Assembly (NCBI RefSeq): GCF_006345805.1
Contig: NC_043005.1
Span: 30,008,001 to 30,072,000 of the forward strand
Length of the DNA: 64,000 nucleotides
Origin: Octopus sinensis
Taxonomy: Eukaryota
Direction of reading: 5' to 3'
Part shown: piece after piece, positions 53,863-64,000 of the stretch
Numbering within the stretch: the stretch's first letter is position 1
Layout: each line of letters begins with the position of its first letter
Translations under genes and position numbers: made by a program
The notes under the pieces: generated by a model
What the model was told of the DNA's origin: nothing
Seen by the model: the letters and a program-made list of their open reading frames with translations, nothing else
Databases searched by the model: none

Positions 53863-55865
53863 CATGTATGTATATATATCATCATCATCATTCAATATTT
53901 ATTGTTTTTCATTTTTTATGCTGGCATTGATAGTTTGACAAAATCTGACAAGCCACATGGCTGTGCTAAGTTCCTGTATCTGTTTTGGCATAGTTTCTAC
54001 AGCTGAATGCCCTTCCTAATGCAACCACTTTCCAGAGTGTCTGCCGGGTGCTTCTTCTTGACCTCAGCACCAGTGAAGTCACCAAGTAACTTGCAAAACA
54101 AGAACCTGCTCCTTAACTGAGTGGTAGGTGTGTGTTTGAGAGTGTTGGGGGAGGTGGCTTTATGTCATCTGTTGAAAGCTAGAGTATGATTAAAGGATGA
54201 GCCCAGGTACCTTGCTATACAGAATATACACAGCAACCCCATATTATATGAGGGTGGGTGGGAATAGCTGGAAAGAAGATAAAGGGGGTGATGATGATAT
54301 GCCAGAGCAAACTCTCAAAGTTCAAGAGAGAATACAGACAGTGAATCATTGGGGGTGGGGGCATTTACATTTGAATTTGAGAGAAGCCTGTGGGCGGCGG
54401 GATCAGAAGTGAATTTAGTGATAAAAAAAGGATGGAGATATGAGAAAGGTGGGAGAAGTGGAAGTGGCTCAGAGTGGAGGAGTAGGAGGTGATAAATGGC
54501 AGTACAGGAAGAGAGGAGACCAACAGTATCGTAAAACTGGGAGATGATGTGGAGGGTGTTAGAAGTGGGGAGAGATGTACAGTGACAGGTGGAGATCAGA
54601 AGTATGTAAGGGTGGTTGTAGAGATTTTGGGGAATAAAGGCAGGAGGGGCATTGATGGTGGATATGAGAGGGTGTAGAGAATGGTAACAGATACAAGAGG
54701 TGTCAAAGGTGAAGTTTGGCAGACCTAAGCTGTAGCTCAAAGGAGAGAAAGAAATAACCAAAGGCACAAAGGGGTGGGGGTGGGGTGATCAATGAAAAAT
54801 AGTGGGGTGGGATGATATTAAGAATCAGGGATTGATGTTAATGGGAAGTGATTCTGGGGGAAGAAGGATTTAACTAGTAGCTGTAAAGGGGAATAAGATG
54901 TGTGTTGATTCTAGTCTCAAATGATTACAGCAGGTGAGTAGTTAGAAGAATGATGGAGGGATAGGCATTTGGAAGATGAGATGTGGGGAGTGCTTGACAG
55001 GGGTATGTTGGGTACAGGGACAAGGCCCAGCATGTGCAGACATAATGCTTTTAGGATGGACAAATTTTCTCAATTCAGTGATTTCCCAATCATCTCAGTA
55101 ATGAGATGACAAAGGTCCAGGACGAATGGTTATGTGTGGTGTTCAACAGAACCCAACCATCTGAGTGAAACTCACATTCAAGGAACATACTGTGTGTGTT
55201 TCTTTCTGTTTGTCTGTCTATACACACACACATATATACAACTAGAGCCTCATCCAGTTCCTCTTCCCCACCAACCATCTTTCGCCACTGGTCCCTCCAT
55301 CATGTATTTAGTTGCAGTATTCTGCTGCTGTAATTTCCTTACTATTCAGAACCACTTCACTTGACATCCATCCTTCATTTTTACCTTTGTTCCTCTCCAC
55401 TCACATTTTACATTAATCACCCTTCTGTGCCACCAGACTCTCTCCCTCTCCGTTTCTATACATCTCTCACTTTCCCCATGCACTACATCTATCTTCCCTC
55501 CCTACAATCTTGCGACCTACCCACCCACACATTTCCCTTATTCTTCCTTTGCTTCTGACAGCTGTATTATTGTTACTGTTCTGATGTTCTTCATGTTTTT
55601 GTACTGTCAGCTATCACCTATTATCCCCTTATCTAACGTTCACTACATCCGCTTCTCAATCCCACCCAGTTTCTACACTCAGCACATATATGGGATAAAC
55701 TAATCTAGTACCGTTGGTCAAAAGTAACAGAATATGCCAACATTCAACCATTGGGGTGTAGGGACCAATTTATGTTTCTGCATTTTTACTGAAAAATTTG
55801 TTTTAGTCCAAAAGCTGAAATGCCTAATAAAATGTTATTTAAATGTTTCTCTTTTTATATTTTAG

Positions 55866-55945
55866 TCCCTGTCTTAGTGACGAAGTGAATCAGAAGATTT
55901 ATGGAAAATGTAACCACATTAATGGTCATGGACACAACTATAAAG
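55866..55945 (+). CDS. PTS: PTS coding exon 2
   Basis: [26 protein letters not shown] with the catalytic Cys and Zn-binding HGH; 80 nt, ttttag / gtcagt. Confidence 0.96.
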
Positions 55946-56248
55946 GTCAGTAAATCCTACATTAGTCATGTCTAAACTGGTGCTTCTGTCTGTTTCTTGT
56001 TCCTGTCTGTTCTTTATTACCATATCGTAGTCTTTTTTGTTTTTATTTTCTTTGAGGCCTTCAGTTCCATAAACCTCTTACTTAGCTTCCTTGGCATGTA
56101 AACAACTGAGGTCACAGTATTCCTTCTGAACAAGATGCTGACCCATTACTAGTCTCAAGGTCAGCAATTTTCTGAGGGTAGGGGACAAGTCAATCACATT
56201 GAGCCCAGTACTTCACTGGTACTTCTTTTTATCTACTCCAAAAGAAGG

Positions 56249-56510
56249 TGTGGTGTATGCGGGAAATTTGAAATAAGGACACCTACCTTCTCTTCGGCGA
56301 CGGAGACCACTCCAGTGGTAATGCACCCTTCCATGCGGCCCGACCCGAACACTAGAAATAGCAGCTGCTTTTCCCCTACTTTAACAAGCTCACGCGTCCG
56401 ACTCGCTCAGCTACCTCGATTGAAAGGCCCAATGCTGCCCTGCCTGCGCGCGCATCACTACTGCCCCTTTCTCTTCCGGTCAGCTCCCCAGCTGCTGACG
56501 TCATCCTACA
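56249..56510 (-). mobile_element. Solo LTR (262 bp) inserted in a SINE in PTS intron 2
   Basis: TGT...ACA termini; 5-bp TSD GAAGG at 56244-56248 and 56511-56515; the interrupted SINE resumes after it; CpG-rich. Confidence 0.7.
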
Positions 56511-57879
56511 GAAGGGAAACATTGACCTCAGCAGGGTTTGAACTCATGACGTAAAGAACTGAAAGAAATGCTACTAAGCATGTTGTCTGATGTTCCAATG
56601 GTTCTGCCATCTCGTAGCCTCCTCTTTCTTCGCAGCCATTTCTAAATTTGTGTTCTTTCTATTTGTTGTAAATTATGTTTAGACAGTTGTTATGCATATT
56701 TCGTGATAGCCTTGTCTGAATTTGTGTTCTGCCTGACTCTTAGTAATTACATATTAATTAGTGTTCTGCCTCTTTTTGTTAGCTATGTCTAATTTATACT
56801 CAGTCCCTTATTAACCATATCTTAATTAGTGATTTATCTGTTTGTTGTTAACCATGTCAACCAAGTCCCAATTTCTGTTCGTTTCTTTCTTGTTGGCCAA
56901 ATTCATTCATAAAAACTGATTATTAAGTATATTCCATGTAACAAATGTCTGACATTTGTTGTTAATAGAAGTTTGTTGTTATTTAAAAGAAATTAATTAC
57001 AGTAGGAGGGGTTAGTGTTTATAATCTTTGCACGCAGTCACTGACAAATAGGATTAATGTGACATAAGTGATGGAAATGAAGTGAAATGACCACCACTGG
57101 TCATCAAATCTAGATCACAATCTTTTCTTGGTATTTTCCTTGAGCCACATTGGAGTAACAGAAGTGAGAACACACGCACACCTGGGACTTCATGTAACTG
57201 ATGTCTATTCCATAACTGCAAGATGCTGCATTGTCCTGGAACCAGAATTCCCTCATGTCACTGTTTTGTATCTGACAAAACTTTGGTTAAACTTCCACCT
57301 ACAATCAAGTGTGTATGGTTAAAAAGCTTGTTCCCTAACTATGTGACCTTGGAGTCAGTCCTGCTATATGACCCCTTGGGAATGTAGGAGTATAAATTGG
57401 GTGCGATATACATGCCTTCTCCTAATATCCTGTCACAGAATATATCAAATCTCTGTTCTGTACACATTGTTGTTTATGTGAAGTTGTTGATATATCTGGA
57501 TTAACTAAAACCTTTAGATCAGCTAAAAAGTGAGGGACAAGGCTTTCTAGATCTTTCAAACATGTTCTTCTTTTATCATATATCTTTTATTTGTTTCAGT
57601 TACTAGACTGACCATGCTGGGGCATTGCCTTGAAGAGTTTTGGTCAAACAAATCGACCCTTGGGCTTTTTCTTTTCGCTTAAGCCTGCTGCTTATTCTGT
57701 CAGTCTCTTTTGCCAAGCCACTAAGTTATGGAATCACAGGGATGTGAACAAACTAACACCAGCTGTCAAGCAGCAGTGGAATATACACACACACACACAA
57801 CAGAATACAAATGATTTAAGAGGAAAACAGGATATAAGAGGCATCAGATGTTGTGTGCCTTTGAGCAAAGATTCCAACG

Positions 57880-58025
57880 GTTTGGTCATGTGATGCGTAT
57901 GGATGGGGACCCCTGTGGAAAGGTCAACCTAGGAAGACATGGGACGAAGAGGTGAGAATGGATCTTCAGGTGCTTGGCTTCACTGAGGAGATGGCATGGG
58001 ACTGGAACTCATGGCAATTTGCTAA
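57880..58025 (+). mobile_element. Old RTE LINE 3' fragment
   Basis: GRGQPRKTWDEEVRMDL-like decayed motif, similar to 39870-39980. Confidence 0.6.
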
Positions 58026-59237
58026 GTAAAATTGCAATAAGCCATCCATACAGGAATATCCTTTATGGCCATGCCCTGACTCCCTCTCCGAGAGGTTTTT
58101 GTCTTATAGGTGCCAGTACTGCGTAAAATACATTTGTGATGGTGTCACATAAAAAAAAAAAACAGAACAACCTGTAAAGTGGTTGGCATTAGGAAGGGCA
58201 TCCAGCCATAGAAACCATGCCAGAACAGACAATTGGAGCTTGGGTAGCTCTCTGGCTGGCCAGCATAGAAAATGGACATTAAATGATGATGTGTGAGTGA
58301 ATTCTGCATGAATTAAAAAACAGTAGCAATTGAAATTTTGTAAATAAAATCATAAACTTTCACTGAATATTGACTATAAAAAATAGTTTAATATTTGGGC
58401 ATATAAGCTCCAGGAATCGAAAACAATTGGGCATTAGTACACATAGGAATTGAACCCACGTATGTTAATACCCATTTTTTTCTCCATTATGGGGACTTAT
58501 ATACCCTAATATTAGATTATTTTCTATATTCAATATATGGTAAAGGCTTATAATTCTATTCACTTTATAAAATGTGTGTGTGTAACATGATCTTTGTGTG
58601 TTAGGCCTCATGGAGGCAATGACAAGTAACTGAGACCTTTCGTGATATGCTGTGCTTAAGAAGACTCATGAAGCCAAATGAAATCATAATCATGGGCAGT
58701 TGTGAGTATGTTGTGAATGGCATCCATGAAATTGTAGTTGTGGCTGTTGCCAGTGTCGTGTAAATGGCACCCATGACTGTGGCACATAAAAAGCATGCAT
58801 TACACTCCTGGAGTGGTTGGCATTAGGAAGGGCATCCAGCTGCTGAAACCATGCCAAAACAGATCGGAACCTGGTGCAGTTCTTTGGTTTCTTAGTTCCA
58901 GCCAATCCATCCAGCTTATGTCAGCATGGAAAACAGATGTTAAACGATGATGATATATAAGCTGTGTTCCAATGTGGTCTGAGATGTCTGTGTGTCTGTA
59001 GCACTGTTCTGTATACTTGAGCAATATTAACCATGCATATCACTTCTAAATGATATACTCTTAGAGGACTCTACTTAGCAGTTACATCAGATTATCCTGT
59101 AATATGTATTACTTCCCAACATTAAACACTTCTAGAAAAGCTTGTCTTCAGCAGGGCAAAGTGATTTTGTGTTATAAGATCTCAATTGTTTATGTTCTGT
59201 CTTCTGTTCACTTTTCTTCTTTTCTTGTCTATTTCAG

Positions 59238-59260
59238 TGGAAGTGGCACTTAAAGGTCCA
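59238..59260 (+). CDS. PTS: PTS coding exon 3 (23-nt microexon)
   Basis: (V)EVALKGP; tttcag / gtgagt; restores the frame between exons 2 and 4. Confidence 0.92.
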
Positions 59261-59750
59261 GTGAGTATTCTTCTATGTACCCCTACCTTTTCTGCTGTCT
59301 ATCACAATTAGCCCTTTCATTACCAACCTGGCTGAAACTGGCTCTGGCTCTGAGTACAAATGTCTTGTTTTCATAAGTTTTGAATTAAAATATTCCACCA
59401 AGCCTTAGTCACAATTTACATTCCTAACACTAGCTGAATGATAACTAAGTTATTTGTTATATTTAAAGTAATTGAAAGAAACAGAGAGCATCTTAAAATA
59501 AATACAGTAACAAAAGAGTTAAAGACTGATAATTAGTTCTCTCCACATATCCCTACCTCTACAGTTATCCACTATCATTAAAGACCAGTGTGTTTTCCTC
59601 TATTGCTATTTAATTAAAAACTTGTAAATATTCTTCTGCCCTGACAGATATATTAGAAGGAATCTATCAAAAAATCTTAAATATTTGTTAAGTAATTTAG
59701 ATGTTGAACCAGAGAGAAATTCTTTTGCTGTAACTTTCTACTGTTTGCAG

Positions 59751-59807
59751 GTGGATCCAGTGACAGGAATGGTGATCAATATAGTTGATTTGAAACAAAT
59801 AATCAAT
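59751..59807 (+). CDS. PTS: PTS coding exon 4
   Basis: VDPVTGMVINIVDLKQIIN; 57 nt, ttgcag / gtaagt. Confidence 0.96.
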
Positions 59808-60893
59808 GTAAGTCACATGATATTCCATATTCTACATGTTCATCTCTAACCTAACCATTTTTCAGCCATGCAAAATTAATTCATTTTCTTTTTCTTCTTT
59901 CTTTGGTACTCAGGACATTTAGCTTGGGGCATATTGTTATTTCAAATATTGTGTCAATCCTTGTCAAAGTTCATTGTTCCATGCTTAATTGCTGAACAAG
60001 TTGTGGGTCAATGGGAATTGATTTCACAGCTGGAGACTTTTCTAGTTCTTACTTGTTTTTCAAGCAAGGAATTTTTTTTATACTCTGAATGTCTTTGAAA
60101 GTACAGAGTGACTGGCTGTGATGTCAACAAGAAATGTTGTCATCAGCACCATTCTACGCTAATGATGACAAGTACAGAACACCAAATTTCATGAATATTC
60201 CGGCAAACACACACACACATACATATGTGCTTGTGTGCGTGCATGTCTGTGTGTGTGTGTAGTGGACTTTCTGCAGTTTCCACCTACCGGGTTCACTCAT
60301 AAGGCATTGGTCAACTTGGCAGCTGTTACACAGTAGGACTGAACCAAGAACCACGAGGTTGGAAAGCAAACTTCTTACCTGCACAGCCATGCCCATCTCT
60401 ACAGCTGTCAGTTCTTTATTTAAATTTATCCATGGAGGGAAATACAGCAACTGACAAGAGTTTAAACAAAATTCATGCACTCAGTATGTGACTTCAATAA
60501 TGATTATATTATTAGAGTTGCTTCTAACTCAAAATTTTATGTGTATATATATATACTTTTTATCTTATATTATACTTTTTATCTTATATTAAACTTTTTA
60601 ATACTTTTTGATAATTATATATATTTAATAAATAAATAAAAAATTAAGTAAATAAATAAAAAAATTTTAAATATATATATATATAAAAAAATTTTTTAAT
60701 ATATATATATAAAAAAAAATTTATAAATATAAATTAATAAATTTAAATTTTTAACTTTAAATTTAAATAATTTAAATTTTGAATTTTATATTTTGTATAT
60801 TTTGTATATTATATTAATTACTTTTATTTCTGTTTTCGTTTATGTTTTTCACTGTTTGATTTGCCTAATAGTGGTTTTATTTCTAATTTAATT

Positions 60894-60970
<77 letters not shown>

Positions 60971-61133
60971 CATATATTAGTGCAGGAGTGACTGTGTGGT
61001 ACGATGCTTGCTTCCCAACCTCATGGTTCTGGGTTCAGTCCGTGTGGCACCTTGGACAACTGTCTTCTATTATAGCCTCAGGCCGACCAAAGCCTTGTGA
61101 GTGAATTTGGTCGACAGAAACTAAAAGAATCCT

Positions 61134-61178
<45 letters not shown>

Positions 61179-61552
61179 ATATTAGCATATGTATTAAATA
61201 GACAGAAAATGATTAATTTCTCTAATTACAATTCCTAACTTTGACTTAATTCATGCTTTCTTAATTTTTTCTTAAATTCTAATTCTCTCTTTTTATTTAA
61301 ATTAAATTATTTTGTTATTCATTGCATTTATATACTCAACAGCCTTTCATTTACCTTCTTATTTCATCTTTTCATTTCACTTTATTATCTAAGCATGTTG
61401 AGTGTCTTTTCATTTATTTTCATTAATTGATTGATATTCTTTTTAAAGTCTATTTTGATTTACGCAAACTACATCTTCACAAAATGTTCCCAATACGTAA
61501 ATTGTTTGGTAATTTTTGTATCCTGTAGAATATTTCTGTTTATAATTTCCAG

Positions 61553-61623
61553 AAATGTGTCATGGATGTTTTGGACCATAAAAACATAGACAAAGATGTT
61601 CCATACTTTAAATATAATCCCAG
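61553..61623 (+). CDS. PTS: PTS coding exon 5
   Basis: KCVMDVLDHKNIDKDVPYFKYNP(S), LDHKN motif; 71 nt, ttccag / gtaact. Confidence 0.96.
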
Positions 61624-62486
61624 GTAACTTAAAACCTCCTTTTCCAGTTACATTTTAGTTCTCTCAGTCATACACCCTACGGTTAATTTTAATCCAACAT
61701 CGAACTCACAATCTCCTTTTCCAATATGAACTCTCAAAAAATTTTCCGCTGTTATCCCTTTGGTAATTTATAGGCAAAAAAACTTGGTTTATTACTTTAT
61801 AAAACTCATAATTTAAGAAAGTTATTTCTAACTTTATACTTTTATCCCTTGATCACTCCAGCCAAAATTAATTATAGATAAACTACAATAGCAACAATCT
61901 AATATACATATATATTATAAATAAATTAGCAATTTATATAATGATATAAGCTCAATAGGGCCTTTTCGTCCCTTTAAATCATTCAAGCTTTCTCACTATA
62001 AAATACCAGTGTCATACAGCAGTACTGCAATGTCATACATTCATACACTGAATATTGTAGTGTCGTACACCTGTATTGTAGTGTTGTACACTAGTACTGT
62101 TGTGCTATACACTGATAATATAGTATTATACACCACTTCTTGACTGCCTATGACTAGCTTTACTCAGGTGAATCAGGGCTGAGCATGAACAGTATTAAGA
62201 TCCTTACTACACTTTATAGACGCTGTTGTAGTGTCATATCTCTGCATACATACTATATACATATCCACTATCCATGTCTCACTAATGTTCTTCATCAGAC
62301 ATCTTATACACACCACCTAGAGTCCCTGGCATTCATTCTCCATATGTTTCATTGCGATACACACAGTATATAGTCCTCTTTTTATTGTTCAAACTGAAGA
62401 ACTGGTAACTCTCAGAGCTGTTCAACTGATCTACAGAACTCATGAGATTTTTCATGCACCCTAACCACTCAGTGATTGCTATTTGC

Positions 62487-62517
<31 letters not shown>

Positions 62518-62737
62518 TATGCTTGCAGTTGCATGTTTTATCTTTTACCTGTTTTGGTCGTGGGGTTGTGGCCGTGTTTTTGACTCCACCTTGAAGGGTT
62601 CAGTTGAACAAATCGACCCCAGTACACGTTCTGAAGTCTGGCGCTTATTCTATCGTTCTCTTTTGTTAAACTGTTAAGTCATGGAGGCGTAAACTAACCA
62701 ACATTGGTTGTAAGTGGGCAGACACAAAGACACTCCC

Positions 62738-62819
<82 letters not shown>

Positions 62820-63540
62820 ATATATATTATATATATATATACACGCGTTTATGTTTAAAGGATAGGCTTCTTCCAGCTTCCATCTGAAAAATACACGCAC
62901 GGGGCTTTGGTCAGCCTATGGCTATAGTAAAAGACCTCGGTTCCAGTGAGGCCGAACCCAGAACCATGTGGTTGGGATGCAAGCTTCTTACCACACAGCC
63001 ACGCCTGCACTTGTTGGTGTATTTTGTTTGAATATCCTTAGCTGTGTGAATGTTGTACAGTATATTCAAACGGTATGCCATCAGTAAGCTTGGCTCATGT
63101 AGTTTGTTCAGATTTCTAATGATTATAACGTTTATGAAATATTTGGAAAACATGAGCGTTAAAAAAGAATTTTTTTCTTCTGTGAAAACTAACCTAACAA
63201 GGTCTAAGGGAGACCACTCCATTCCGTCATGGAGATTACTCTTCGAAAACGATCAGCTGTAATAACATTTTTATCAGCAGTTCCCAGCAATAGATGCCTT
63301 TATTGAACTGAATAGCAAATGAAAAATTGTAGAGTTTTGAGCCTTGCTCACTATTTTAAATCTCTACTATTTCATCAGTACATTTCAGTACTTTAATTCA
63401 AACCATATAAAAAAAACAAATTTTTTTAGGTGTTTTTGTGGCAGGAATGTTTTAAATTAGTTAACAACTATAGGAAGAATTTTAGAAATATTCTCACAGG
63501 AATGACTCTTTATATATCTGATTTTACTTTTTGATTGCAG

Positions 63541-63691
63541 TACTGGTGAAAATATCGTTGTTTTTATCTGGAACCAACTTTCTGAAGAACTGAATCAACG
63601 TAATCAAGCTGACCTTCTATTTGAAATAAAACTACACGAAACAGAGAAAAATGTCTTCTCTTATTATGGAGAAAAAACGTCATCAAAATGA
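63541..63691 (+). CDS. PTS: PTS coding exon 6 (terminal)
   Basis: TGENIVVFIWNQL...FEIKLHETEKNVFSYYGEKTSSK*; the spliced CDS is 459 nt, 152 aa, with no lesion. Confidence 0.95.
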
Positions 63692-64000
63692 AGATGACAC
63701 AATCAAAGGAGTTTATTCTTAAAGAACGTTTTTGAACCTAATTGGCTATTCTTCAAAGGTCTGTGAGCAATTCTAGTAACATGGTTTGGTTGTTTAATTC
63801 CTGTTAGTTTTAGATAAACAAAATATTGATCCATTTTAGAATATTCTATCGACTGTTGGTTGAAAAATTGTGTTATATCATTGACTAAACCACTAAACGT
63901 TTAATTACGCATTCCACTTTGTAAATAGCTACTACAGCACAAGTTATCTGACAAAAGTTAACTTGCAGTGTTGAGCTCTGTGCAGGAACATTTGCCTGTT

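Noticed and set aside
54200-55010. Purine-skewed region with a 150-aa minus ORF
   Set aside because: Compositionally biased and probably an old repeat; no motif or splice support.
60540-60960. Almost pure A/T block with irregular short repeats
   Set aside because: Low-complexity sequence, probably poorly resolved; no structure can be supported.

Overview
AT-rich, microsatellite-dense, intron-rich animal genomic DNA. The repeat content (tRNA-headed SINEs, RTE LINEs, TA/CA/AAT arrays) looks cephalopod, most likely octopus; this is an inference, not a database match. Three host loci are visible. (1) The last two coding exons of a PDE8-type phosphodiesterase (+, 970-1099 and 3949-4100). (2) A previously unremarked minus-strand gene of at least 10 exons (34674 to 18330) whose splice phases chain to one stop codon only if three 1-nt deletions, one TAA and one broken acceptor are allowed, so it is a unitary pseudogene or an error-damaged assembly of an unidentified gene. 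(3) A complete 6-coding-exon PTS gene (+, 51901-63691, 152 aa) with a probable non-coding first exon near 47245. The rest is mobile DNA: three RTE LINE copies, CR1 fragments (one young), RLE-type non-LTR relics, Tc1 and mariner relics, MITEs and foldbacks, a solo LTR, many SINEs, and several Penelope-type minimal hammerhead-like motifs. All alignments and translations were done by eye; nearly all ORFs in the supplied track are microsatellite or transposon artefacts.
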